The notes: generated by a model not told the origin, from the sequence alone. Counted from the stretch's first letter, positions 51,106-60,358 are shown. The stretch is 64,000 nt of DNA from Xanthobacteraceae bacterium (GCA_049698215.1 JBAVXH010000428.1:613-64612); one strand, 5' to 3'. A program made the numbers and translations.

Positions 51106-52215
51106 ATGAGCCCGGCGGCCGAAGCGCTCGAGGGGGTGGTCGAGGATCTTGCCCGCGACCTGAAGACCCCACGCGCCGGCGCGACGTTACGCAGGCGCAG
51201 TGCTCCGCTTGCCGAAACGGCGGAGCAACTTAAGCTTCTTGCGGCAGTACCGCTCGAGCGGCAGAGCAAGCGGATCGAGTTTGCGACGTCGGCGGACAAC
51301 CTGTCTCCCGCCGCGCTCGAAATCTTTCAGGTCAATGTCGGAAAGCTCTGCAACATGACCTGCCGCCACTGTCATGTGGATGCCGGCCCCGACCGAACCG
51401 ACGCGGTCATGCCGGATGCGATCATGGACGCGGTGATCGCGGCGATCGGCCGAACGCGGGCCCACACGGTTGACATCACCGGCGGAGCGCCCGAGCTGCA
51501 TCCGCGCTTTCGCGATCTCGTCGAAGCCTCTGTTGCGGCCGGCAAGCATGTCATGGATCGATGCAACCTCACGATCCTGCTGCTTCCGCGCAACAAGGGG
51601 CTGGTGGATTGGTTTGCCGAGCGCAGGGTCGAGGTCGTTGCCTCGCTGCCGCACTATCGCCGTCCGAATACCGATGCGCAGCGCGGCCAAGGCGTCTTCG
51701 ATCGATCGATTGAAGCCATGCGGCTTCTCAACGCCGCAGGCTATGGACGCGGCGATCCTGCGCGGCGATTGACTCTCGTCTCGAATCCGGCAGGCGCCTT
51801 TCTGGGCGCCTCGCAATCGACCGCCGAGCGGGAGTGGCGGCAGTCCCTGGAACGCGAGCATGGAGTCACATTCGACCGTCTCTTCGTCCTCAACAACATG
51901 CCGATCTCGCGATTTCTTGAGTGGCTGCAGCAGAGCGGGAATTTGGAGGCCTACATGCAGCGGCTGGTGCAGGCCTTCAATCCGGCGGCCGTGGCGGGCC
52001 TGATGTGCCGCAACACGCTTTCGGTTGGCTGGGATGGACGGCTCTACGATTGCGATTTCAACCAGATGCTCGACCTGGAGATCGCGCTGCCCGACGGGCC
52101 GCACATTTCGACGTTCAGCGAGGACAGCTGGGGCAAGCGCTCCATCGTCACGGCTCGTCATTGCTTTGGGTGCACCGCAGGCGCGGGAAGTTCGTGCGGC
52201 GGACAAACCGCCTGA
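51106..52215 (+). CDS. arsS: Radical SAM / Cys-rich C-terminus protein, ArsS-like (arsenosugar biosynthesis family)
   Basis: CNMTCRHC (CxxxCxxC) and the family-typical C-terminal HCFGCTAGAGSSCGG. Family assignment is from memory of the rSAM/Cys-rich (TIGR04167-type) description. The start is uncertain: it gives an N-terminal ~60 aa extension. Confidence 0.7.
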   Translation: MSPAAEALEGVVEDLARDLKTPRAGATLRRRSAPLAETAEQLKLLAAVPLERQSKRIEFATSADNLSPAALEIFQVNVGKLCNMTCRHCHVDAGPDRTDAVMPDAIMDAVIAAIGRTRAHTVDITGGAPELHPRFRDLVEASVAAGKHVMDRCNLTILLLPRNKGLVDWFAERRVEVVASLPHYRRPNTDAQRGQGVFDRSIEAMRLLNAAGYGRGDPARRLTLVSNPAGAFLGASQSTAEREWRQSLEREHGVTFDRLFVLNNMPISRFLEWLQQSGNLEAYMQRLVQAFNPAAVAGLMCRNTLSVGWDGRLYDCDFNQMLDLEIALPDGPHISTFSEDSWGKRSIVTARHCFGCTAGAGSSCGGQTA

Positions 52216-52568
52216 CGCTCCAGGCTTTTGATCCGAGTCCCGCCGCTCGCTTGGTGTAGGACAACTCGGCATCAAGCCGTCCGCCAGTTGTAACGCCGGT
52301 TCAGGCGATTGAGATGCGGAATGGAGCCCGAGAACGCCTGCATCGCCCGACTGCGCCTTCCGACCGACCCGATGGTCCTGGCGGTCATGCCTTGGTTGCG
52401 AAGACCTCATAGCGCACGGAACAAATTGGTTTGACCGGCAACACCGGCGCAGTGACAATCCACAATTGAGACCAGACCTGCGGCCAGGCCGGGGCGACCC
52501 TTTTCGACCGAGAGCCGGCATCAGCATGCGCTACGACAAGGACGCCTGGTCGGTCAAGGAGAGAAAGC

Positions 52569-54713
52569 ATGGACACGAGGACATTGTATCTCGGCGTCGC
52601 GGCGATCGCCGTCGCTTTGATCGCGTCACCGTCCTCGCTGTGCGCCCAGCAAGCCGCGAGTGCGCAGGTCAGCGTCGGGCCCGACAACATCGGCGGCATA
52701 GTGTCCGGTCCGAACGGCCCGGAGGCGGGCGTGTGGGTGATCGCCGAGACCACCGATCTCCCGACGCGTTACACCAAGAGCGTCGTCACCGACGATCAGG
52801 GCCGCTACGTCATCCCCGACCTGCCGAATGCGAACTATCAGGTCTGGGTGCGCGGCTATGGCCTGATCGACTCGCCGCGGATGCGCGCAAAGCCCGGCCA
52901 GACACTCAACCACACCGCCATCAAGGCGCCCGACGAGCGCTCCGCCGCCCATTACTATCCGGCGATCTACTGGTACACGATGATGAAGATCCCGCCGGCT
53001 GCGGATTTCGGCGGGCACACCGATATTCCGAAGAACATCACGCGCGAGGTCTGGCTGCAGCGGATGAACAATGTCGACTGCGTCGGCTGCCATCAGCTTG
53101 GGCAGGAATCGACGCGCACCGTTCCGGCGCAGTTCGGCAAGTTCGACTCGGGCGCGGACGCCTGGGTACGCCGCATCGCCTCGGGTCAGTCAGGCGAGAT
53201 GATGACGAACCGGCTCGCCGGTCAGCTCGGCGGCGTGCCGTACAAGTATTTGGGTGACTGGACCGATCGTGTCGCAAAAGGCGATCTGCCCAAGCACAAG
53301 CCCCAGCGCCCGTCCGGTATCGAGCGCAACATCGTGGTGACGACGTGGGACTGGTCGACGCCGGACAAGTATCTGCACGACCTGATCTCGTCAGACCGGC
53401 GCAAGCCAACGGTCAATGCCAACGGCCTGCTCTACGGCGCGCCGGAGTATTCGACCGACTTGATGCCGATCCTTGATCCGAAGACGCACAAGGTGTCGTA
53501 CTTCAAGATGCCGGTGGCCGATCCCGGCATGCCGGTCTCGCTCGGACCGGGCCACGCCGGCGCGATCAAGCCGACGATGGCGTCCGCCTATTGGGGCGAG
53601 GAAGTCCTCTGGGATACCAAGGCGAACCAGCACAACGCGATGTTCGACGACAAGGGCCGCGTCTGGCTTGCCGCGACGGTGCGCGGCATGGACAATCCGG
53701 CCTGGTGCAAGAAGGGCTCGGAGCATCCGTCCGCGAAGGTGTTCCCGATCGAGCGCTCGCCGCGTCAGGCGAGCGTGCTCGATCCGAAGACGATGAAATA
53801 CGAGTTCGTCGACACCTGCTTCGGCACGCATCATCCGCAGTTCGGCTACGACGCCGACAACACGCTCTGGCTCTCGGGTTCGGGTCCCGTGGCGGGTTGG
53901 GTCAACACCAAGGTGTGGGACGAGACCAAGGACCCGCAGAAGGCCGTCGGCTGGTTCCCGTTCGTGCTCGACGTGAACGGCAACGGCAAGCTCGACGAAT
54001 TCAGCGAGCCGGGCAAAGCGGAAGAAGGCAAGGATATGCGCTTCAATCCGGGCTCCGGTCCCTACGCGGTGATGCCGCATCCGACCGACGGCTCGGTCTG
54101 GTACACGTCCGGCACGTTCGCCGGACGGGCGGGCTTCCTGCGCTTCGATCCCAAAACCAAGCTCTCCGAGTTCTTTGCGCTTCCGAGGGAAGCGGTCGGC
54201 GTGCGCGGCGGCGACATCGGCGCCGACGGCCGGCTGTGGGGCTCGGGCTCTGCGGGCCATCTGATCGAGTTCGACCGCCGCAAGTGCAAGGGCCCGCTCA
54301 ATGGGCCGAACGCGACCGGCGATCACTGCCCGGAAGGCTTCACGCTGCACAAGTATCCGGGACCGGGCTTCGACGACGTGCCGAATTCGAGCGCGGAGGC
54401 GAGCTACTATACGTGGGTCGATCACCACAACGCGGTCGGCCTTGGGCCGGACGTTCCGATCTCGACCGCGAACCTTCAAGATGGCTTCGTCGGCTTCAAA
54501 GACGGACAGATGATCCTGATGCGCGTGCCGTATCCGATGGGCTACTACGCCAAGGGTCTCGACGCGCGTATCGACGACCCGAATGCCGGCTGGAAGGGCC
54601 GTGGCCTGTGGAGCGCCAGCGGCGACCGCACGCCGTGGCTGAACGAGCTCGGCAAGGGCGCGCGCCCGATGGCGGTGCACATCCAGGTGCGGCCGGACCC
54701 GCTGGCGAAGTAG
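52569..54713 (+). CDS. Secreted ~714-aa protein of unknown function: N-terminal carboxypeptidase-regulatory-like beta-sandwich, single CxxCH haem-c motif, large C-terminal (propeller-like) region
   Basis: Signal peptide LGVAAIAVALIASPSSLCAQQ. GIVSGPNGPEAGVWVIAETTD...DDQGRYVIPDLP...YQVWVRGYG. CVGCHQLG. GGAGAG Shine-Dalgarno 8 nt upstream. Confidence 0.75.
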   Translation: MDTRTLYLGVAAIAVALIASPSSLCAQQAASAQVSVGPDNIGGIVSGPNGPEAGVWVIAETTDLPTRYTKSVVTDDQGRYVIPDLPNANYQVWVRGYGLIDSPRMRAKPGQTLNHTAIKAPDERSAAHYYPAIYWYTMMKIPPAADFGGHTDIPKNITREVWLQRMNNVDCVGCHQLGQESTRTVPAQFGKFDSGADAWVRRIASGQSGEMMTNRLAGQLGGVPYKYLGDWTDRVAKGDLPKHKPQRPSGIERNIVVTTWDWSTPDKYLHDLISSDRRKPTVNANGLLYGAPEYSTDLMPILDPKTHKVSYFKMPVADPGMPVSLGPGHAGAIKPTMASAYWGEEVLWDTKANQHNAMFDDKGRVWLAATVRGMDNPAWCKKGSEHPSAKVFPIERSPRQASVLDPKTMKYEFVDTCFGTHHPQFGYDADNTLWLSGSGPVAGWVNTKVWDETKDPQKAVGWFPFVLDVNGNGKLDEFSEPGKAEEGKDMRFNPGSGPYAVMPHPTDGSVWYTSGTFAGRAGFLRFDPKTKLSEFFALPREAVGVRGGDIGADGRLWGSGSAGHLIEFDRRKCKGPLNGPNATGDHCPEGFTLHKYPGPGFDDVPNSSAEASYYTWVDHHNAVGLGPDVPISTANLQDGFVGFKDGQMILMRVPYPMGYYAKGLDARIDDPNAGWKGRGLWSASGDRTPWLNELGKGARPMAVHIQVRPDPLAK

Positions 54714-54767
54714 GAGACAATCGAGACACCGGGGCCGCGATGTGGCCCCGGCGCACATCCTGAGAGA

Positions 54768-54812
54768 GCATGATCCCGAAAAGTGTGAAGCGGTCTTCGG
54801 ACAAGATCATGC
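54768..54812. repeat. 45-bp intergenic palindromic (REP-like) element, copy 2
   Basis: GCATGATCCCGAAAAGTGTGAAGCGGTCTTCGGACAAGATCATGC; 40/45 identical to 40950-40994. Lies between the two paralogous haem-motif genes. Confidence 0.8.
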
Positions 54813-54867
54813 GCAAGGAAGACAGAGACGATCCGCAGGATCACCTCTGCGACGGCAGGAGGGCGAC

Positions 54868-56976
54868 ATGACATTCCGACAGTTTCTTTTTGCGAGCGTG
54901 ACCGCGGCCGGTATCGCGGCATTGTCTGTGAACGCGAACGCGCAACAGGTCTCCGTCAACGTCGACAACATCGGCGGCGTGGTGACGGGTCCGGACGGCC
55001 CGGAGGCGGGCGTCTGGGTGATCGCCGAGACCACCGACCTGCCGACGCGGCTGATCAAGAGCGTCGTGACCGACGACCAGGGCCGCTATCTCATCCCCGA
55101 GCTGCCCAAGGCGACCTACGAGGTTTTCGCGCGCGGATATGGCTTGAAGGATTCGACGCGGCAGAAGAGCGAGCCCGGCAAGGTGGTCAACATCACGACG
55201 ACGGCGGCGACGCCGAAGGAGGCGGCCGAGCACTACCCGGCGATCTACTGGTACGCGATGCTGAGGGCACCGGCGAAGCATGAATTTCCGCTCGGCAATG
55301 CCAAGACGCAGGCCGAGTGGATGAACGTCGTGAAGACCAACGGCTGCTACGGCTGCCATGCGCTCGGTAACAAGGCGACGCGCACGATTCCTTCGGTGTT
55401 CGCCGACATGAAGTCCGAGGATGCCTGGTCGCGCCGCATTATGTCGGGTCAGGCCATGACCAACATGGCGACCGCGATCGGCCGCGTCGATGCGCAGCGC
55501 GCCCTCAAGCACTTCGCCGATTGGACCGACCGCATTGCGGATGGCGAGCTGCCGGCCGCGAAGCCGCCGCGCCCGCAAGGCCAGGAGCGCAATGTCGTCG
55601 TCACGCAGTGGGATTTCTCCGATCCCAAGCATTATCTGCACGACATCACGGCGACCGACAAGCGCAAGCCGACGCTCAATCCCAACGGGTTGATCTATGG
55701 CGCCGTCGAGAACTCCACCGATCTCGTCCCGATCCTCGATCCGGTGAAGCACACGGCGACGACGCTCAGGATGCCGGTGCGCGATCCGAACACGCCCTCG
55801 CACAAGGACGATCCGCTCTCGCCCTCGCCCTACTGGGGCGAGGAGATTCTCTGGGACAGCCGCACCGCGACGCACAATCCGATGTACGACCAGAGCGGCC
55901 GGGTATGGTGGACCTCGCGCGTCGGCGTGGCGCAGAACCCGGACTTCTGCCGCAAGGGCTCGGATCATCCGTCGGCGAAAGTCTTCCCGATGGAGAGTTC
56001 GACGCGGCATCTGTCGATGCTCGATCCGAAGAGCGGCAAGATCACGCTGATCCGCACCTGTTACCAGACGCACCATCTCGTCTTCGCCGAGGACGCCAAC
56101 AATACGCTCTGGATGAGCGCGGGCGGTCCCGGCAGCGGTGCGCTTGGCTGGCTCGACACCAAGAAATTCGACGAGACCGGCGATGAGCAGAAATCGCAAG
56201 GCTGGACCCCGATCGTTCTGGACACCAACGGCAACGGCAAGCGCGACGAGTACGTCGAGCCGAACCAGCCGCTCGATCCCGCCAAGGACAAGCGCATCGT
56301 CGGCGCGCTCTACGGCATCGGCGTCAACCCGCAGGACGGCACGATCTGGGGCTCGATCCTGACCTTCCCGGGGTACATCGTGCGCGTCGATCCCGGGCCG
56401 AATCCGTCCGAGACGGCGCTTGCCGAGATCTACGAGCCGCCCGCGCCCGGCTACGGCCCGCGCGGCTTCGACATCGACCGCAACGGCGTCGCCTGGGTAC
56501 CGCTCTCGAGCGGACACATGGCGTCTTTTGACCGGAAGAAGTGCAAGGGCCCGCTGAATGGTCCAGCCGCCACGACCGGCCGCCACTGCCCGGAGGGCTG
56601 GACGCTCTACGATTTCCCCGGTCCCAAGCATGCCGACGCGCCGGACATCGGCAGCGCGGAGGCGAGCTATTACACCTGGGTCGACCAGTTCGACACGTTC
56701 GGGCTCGGGCAGAACGTGGCGTGGGCGACCGGCAACGCCAACGAGTCGCTGATGGCGCTGGTCGACGGCAAATGGCTCAATTTCGTCGTGCCGTATCCGA
56801 ACGGCTTCTATGCCAAATGGATGGATGGCCGGATCGACGATCCAAATGGCGGCTGGAAGGGACGCGGCGTCTGGGCCACCTACGGCACACGCACGCCGTT
56901 CCACACGGAAACCGGAAAGGGCACGCGGCCGAAGGTGGTGAAATTCCAGCTCCGGCCCGATCCGCTTGCGCGGTGA
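54868..56976 (+). CDS. Paralogue of 52569..54713 (secreted, single CxxCH motif, unknown function)
   Basis: Start at ATG 54868 (MTFRQFLFASVTAAGIAALSVNANAQQ) with AGGAGGG upstream. CYGCHALG. Long collinear identity to the upstream gene (e.g. GPEAGVWVIAETTDLPTR, SVVTDDQGRY, HYPAIYWY, RKCKGPLNGP, EASYYTWVD). Confidence 0.75.
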   Translation: MTFRQFLFASVTAAGIAALSVNANAQQVSVNVDNIGGVVTGPDGPEAGVWVIAETTDLPTRLIKSVVTDDQGRYLIPELPKATYEVFARGYGLKDSTRQKSEPGKVVNITTTAATPKEAAEHYPAIYWYAMLRAPAKHEFPLGNAKTQAEWMNVVKTNGCYGCHALGNKATRTIPSVFADMKSEDAWSRRIMSGQAMTNMATAIGRVDAQRALKHFADWTDRIADGELPAAKPPRPQGQERNVVVTQWDFSDPKHYLHDITATDKRKPTLNPNGLIYGAVENSTDLVPILDPVKHTATTLRMPVRDPNTPSHKDDPLSPSPYWGEEILWDSRTATHNPMYDQSGRVWWTSRVGVAQNPDFCRKGSDHPSAKVFPMESSTRHLSMLDPKSGKITLIRTCYQTHHLVFAEDANNTLWMSAGGPGSGALGWLDTKKFDETGDEQKSQGWTPIVLDTNGNGKRDEYVEPNQPLDPAKDKRIVGALYGIGVNPQDGTIWGSILTFPGYIVRVDPGPNPSETALAEIYEPPAPGYGPRGFDIDRNGVAWVPLSSGHMASFDRKKCKGPLNGPAATTGRHCPEGWTLYDFPGPKHADAPDIGSAEASYYTWVDQFDTFGLGQNVAWATGNANESLMALVDGKWLNFVVPYPNGFYAKWMDGRIDDPNGGWKGRGVWATYGTRTPFHTETGKGTRPKVVKFQLRPDPLAR

Positions 56977-57091
56977 CGTGTCACGGTGACAGCGACGCCG
57001 CGTCGGCGGATCGTTGTCACCGGAACGAGAGAAGAGACAGACGGCGGTTAGCCAGAAGCCAGCCCGCCATGGATCCGATTGGGGGCAGCCC

Positions 57092-57610
57092 ATGGGAATA
57101 ATCCCTGAGTTCTTGCTCGACTACATCACGGTCAACACCTACTGGACCATCCTGTTCACCGCCCACGCGCTGCTGGCGGTGGCGTTGCTCGGCGCGCTGT
57201 CCCACCAGGCGCTTTCGGTCGCGATGCCGGTGCGTGCGGCCGCGGGTCCGGCCGGCTTCGTGACGCGGTTTCGCGCCGTGCACAGCGCGAGCTATGCGGC
57301 CGCTGTCTGCCTGCTCTGGGTCGTGACCTTTTTCTTTGGGGCGTGGATCTACACCAAATACCGCATGCATGTCCGCATCCCGATCGAGGCGGACGGCTTC
57401 TGGAAGACGCAAGGTGTTTTCGAGTTGAAGGAACACCTCGCAACCATCGCCCTCGGCCTGCTGCCGATCTACTGGTTCTTCTGGAAGAACGCGCGCGATC
57501 CTCAATACGACAGCGCGCGCAAGTGGCTGACAGTGACCTTGGCGGGGTTTTGCTGGTTCAATTTTCTCGTCGGCCATATCGTCAACAACGTCCGGGGGTT
57601 CGGCTCATGA
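57092..57610 (+). CDS. Small integral membrane protein (about 4 TM, several conserved-looking His), unknown function
   Basis: MGIIPEFLLDYITVNTYWTILFTAHALLAVALLGALSHQ...; in-frame part of ORF 57014..57610. Confidence 0.55.
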   Translation: MGIIPEFLLDYITVNTYWTILFTAHALLAVALLGALSHQALSVAMPVRAAAGPAGFVTRFRAVHSASYAAAVCLLWVVTFFFGAWIYTKYRMHVRIPIEADGFWKTQGVFELKEHLATIALGLLPIYWFFWKNARDPQYDSARKWLTVTLAGFCWFNFLVGHIVNNVRGFGS

Positions 57611-57996
57611 GCACCACCGCGCAAGTCGCGCCCGCCGCGCGCTCCGCATCGCTCGCGTCGTCGGTGGCGTTCCGGAATTTTGCGATCGTCTTCGCCATCG
57701 CGACGCCGATCCTCTACGTGATCTGCGAAATGCGAAACTGGCCGCTGTTCACCTATCATCCCGGCACGAACCGGATCGATCTCGGCTGGGCGCCGGCCGT
57801 GAGGGACCAGGGCCCGGCAATGCACTGGTACGGCTGGACAGCGAACACCTTGCTGGTGGCGGGCGTTCTCGGCCTTGCCGCCGTGAAGCTGCCCGAAAGC
57901 ATCGTCAAGAAGATCCCGTTGTGGCTGATCTGGATTCTGCCGCTCGCCGCGATCCCGATCCTGGTTTATGGCTTGCGGTTCTACTGGCGCTGGTAA
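57607..57996 (+). CDS. Small integral membrane protein (about 3 TM), unknown function
   Basis: The ATG overlaps the upstream TGA (ATGA at 57607-57610). FRNFAIVFAIATPILYVI..., LLVAGVLGLAAV, LWLIWILPLAAIPILVYG. Confidence 0.55.
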   Translation: MSTTAQVAPAARSASLASSVAFRNFAIVFAIATPILYVICEMRNWPLFTYHPGTNRIDLGWAPAVRDQGPAMHWYGWTANTLLVAGVLGLAAVKLPESIVKKIPLWLIWILPLAAIPILVYGLRFYWRW

Positions 57997-58008
57997 GGAG
58001 ACGGCCTC

Positions 58009-58398
58009 ATGCGAAGGACAGCGTTTTGCTCCGCCTTTTGCGCAGTGGCAACGCTCGCAACGGTCGCAACGGCGCCCGCCCGCGCCGGCGGCGATGAAGA
58101 AACGGGAATGATGGACCCCGAGAATGGGCCATCCTACTTCGGCTTCGTGCGTGACAAGCGCGGCCTGGGTGTTCCGGAGGCCAGCGTCATGTTGAAGCCG
58201 AAGGACGGCGAGGCCATCGTGGTCAAGTCGAATGTGCTCGGGCTTTATCGCACGCACCTCAGCAAGGAGGTGAAACCGGACGATGTCACGGTGTCCTGCG
58301 AGAAGAGCGGATACCGGCAAGTGAACACCGCGCGCAGGAAGTCACAGTCTGCCGATGCGCCGAGCGTTGAGACGAGTTGCACGCTCGAACGGCTCTAG
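58009..58398 (+). CDS. Small secreted protein with a carboxypeptidase-regulatory-like segment
   Basis: Signal peptide AFCAVATLATVATAPARA. GFVRDKRGLGVPEASVMLKPKDGEAIVVKSNVLGLYR resembles a CarboxypepD_reg fold. Confidence 0.5.
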   Translation: MRRTAFCSAFCAVATLATVATAPARAGGDEETGMMDPENGPSYFGFVRDKRGLGVPEASVMLKPKDGEAIVVKSNVLGLYRTHLSKEVKPDDVTVSCEKSGYRQVNTARRKSQSADAPSVETSCTLERL

Positions 58399-58401
58399 GC
58401 G

Positions 58402-60072
58402 ATGCGCTGGGTCGCGTGCTGGCTCTGGCTCCTTATTCCGAGTCTGGTCCAAGCACAGCCGGACATTGTCCTCTTCAACGGAAAAATAGCTCGCTTCGAC
58501 GCCGCTCAGGCTGAGGCGCTCGCGATCCGCGACGGCCATATCACGGCGCTCGGATCGTCGGCCGAAATCCAGGCGCTGGCCGGGCCCGCCACACAGGTCA
58601 TCGATCTTGAAGGCCGCACCGTCATTCCCGGGCTGATCGACTCGCATATTCATGCGATCCGCGCCGGACTCACCTACACCACCGAAGTCCATTGGATCGG
58701 CGCCCGCTCGCTCGATGAAGCGCTGGACCGGCTTCGCGCAGCGGCTGCCAGGGCCCCGAAGGGGAGTTGGCTCATCGTCGCCGGTGGCTGGATCGAAGGG
58801 CAATTTGCCGAGAAGCGGCGGCCGACCCAGGCGGAGATCGCGGCCGCGGCGCCCGAGCATCGCGTCTATGTGCAGATGATGTATAGCGCGGCCTTGCTGA
58901 CGCGCGGCGGACTCGAGGCGCTGGGCATCCTGAAGGATGCCGAGCTTGGCTCACGCCTCACCGTGGACCTGGACTCCTCCGGCAATCCGACCGGGTGGGT
59001 GAGCGGCGACGCGCGGACCATCAGCGACCTTTATGACAAGCTTCCCCATCCGACACTGGAGCAACAAGTCAAAGGCACCCGTGCTTTCTTCCGCGAGCTG
59101 AACAGCCTCGGCATCACGGGGGTGCTCGATCCGGGTGGCTATAACCTTCCCATCAATGCCTACCGCGCGGTGTTCAGGTTATGGCGCGAGCAGGGACTCA
59201 CATTGCGCGTCGTTTATAGTCTCTGCGCGCCGCGCCGGAATCACGAACTGGAGGACTTCCAGGCGTTGACCGCGATGTTGCCGATGGGCTTCGGCGACGG
59301 CTGGCTCAAGTTCAACGGTATCGGCGAGAACGTCACCTGGAGCATGTACAACAATGACACGCCCGCCGAGCCGCAGAAGGAACAGCTCTACCGCACGCTT
59401 AGCTGGGCGGCGCAGCGCGGCATCACCGCGACCTTCCATTGGAACAACAACCGTTCAGTCCATCACCTGCTCGACGTCCTGGAGCGCGTGAACCGGGAAA
59501 TTCCGATCGCGCCGCTGCGGTGGTCGATCGCGCACCTCAACGATGCCTCGCTGGACAATCTCGTGCGCATCAAGGCGCTCGGCGCCGGCTGGCTGATGCA
59601 GAATGCGCTCTACTTCCGCGGCGAGGCTTTCTTCGGCCAGCGCGGCGCCGAGGCGATCCGGCTCGCGCCGCCGATCGGGGCGGCGCTCAGGATGGAAATC
59701 CCCATCGGGGGGGGGACTGACGCGCACCGGGTGATGTCGTTCAACCCCTTCGTGTCGCTGCAATGGATGCTCGATGGCAGGACAGTCATGGGCTTGCCGA
59801 CGCGCACGGCTGACGAAATGCCGACGCGCATCGAGGCGCTACGCCTCTATACGGAAGGCAGCGCATGGTTTTCCTTTGACGACACGCGCCGGGGCTCGCT
59901 TGCGGTGGGCAAGCTTGCGGATCTTGCCGTTCTCACCGAGGACTATCTCACCATCCCTGTGGACCGGATCGGCAGGATTCGTTCGGTGCTGACCATGGTC
60001 GGCGGCCGCATCGTTCATGCAGCGGAGCGCTACGCCGCGTTCGAATCGGAACGGAGAGTCCGCGACCGATGA
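58402..60072 (+). CDS. Amidohydrolase-family (amidohydrolase 3 / metal-dependent TIM-barrel) hydrolase, secreted or periplasmic
   Basis: Signal-like WLWLLIPSLVQAQ. VIPGLIDSHIHAIRAG (HxH metal site). C-terminal GSLAVGKLADLAVL, typical of the family. Confidence 0.8.
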   Translation: MRWVACWLWLLIPSLVQAQPDIVLFNGKIARFDAAQAEALAIRDGHITALGSSAEIQALAGPATQVIDLEGRTVIPGLIDSHIHAIRAGLTYTTEVHWIGARSLDEALDRLRAAAARAPKGSWLIVAGGWIEGQFAEKRRPTQAEIAAAAPEHRVYVQMMYSAALLTRGGLEALGILKDAELGSRLTVDLDSSGNPTGWVSGDARTISDLYDKLPHPTLEQQVKGTRAFFRELNSLGITGVLDPGGYNLPINAYRAVFRLWREQGLTLRVVYSLCAPRRNHELEDFQALTAMLPMGFGDGWLKFNGIGENVTWSMYNNDTPAEPQKEQLYRTLSWAAQRGITATFHWNNNRSVHHLLDVLERVNREIPIAPLRWSIAHLNDASLDNLVRIKALGAGWLMQNALYFRGEAFFGQRGAEAIRLAPPIGAALRMEIPIGGGTDAHRVMSFNPFVSLQWMLDGRTVMGLPTRTADEMPTRIEALRLYTEGSAWFSFDDTRRGSLAVGKLADLAVLTEDYLTIPVDRIGRIRSVLTMVGGRIVHAAERYAAFESERRVRDR

Positions 60073-60234
60073 GGCGCGCCTTTTCATGGCGGCAAAGAGC
60101 CGAAGTGGCGCCGAAAAGCGCATTTGTGGCGCAGGGAACGCCGCCGATGGCGCTAGACGCAGGCGGCGTCTCCCGGCCGGAACTGCCGAAAGGTTTAATC
60201 CACCACCCCGAGGGATAGGATCGGCATGCCCTGG

Positions 60235-60266
60235 CAGCTTGTAGAGTCCTGACAGCTTGTAGAGTC
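60235..60266. repeat. Tandem direct repeat CAGCTTGTAGAGTC x2 (18-bp period) in the promoter region of the DUF3302/HlyD pair
   Basis: Copies at 60235-60248 and 60253-60266, read directly. Confidence 0.6.
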
Positions 60267-60358
60267 TTGTGCACGTTCGGGGGGAGCGTGCCACATCAAG
60301 CGATGACGAAGGCCGCCAGGCGCGCGCCGTCGGCTGTCGCTGTCGGGGGTTAACGAGC

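Noticed and set aside
52140-52215. Possible selenocysteine (in-frame TGA) in the Cys-rich C-terminus of the ArsS-like protein, as some family members are said to have
   Set aside because: The motif HCFGCTAGAGSSCGG is encoded with Cys codons throughout. There is no in-frame TGA before the terminal stop, and I saw no obvious SECIS-like hairpin.
51187-52527. 446-aa minus-strand ORF
   Set aside because: It is antisense to the ArsS-like radical SAM gene and has no motifs.
53391-57093. Minus-strand ORFs 53391..54758 (455 aa) and 54841..57093 (750 aa), and plus-strand off-frame ORF 53591..54763
   Set aside because: They are shadows of the two haem-motif paralogues. The chosen frames have signal peptides, SD sequences, CxxCH motifs and mutual paralogy.
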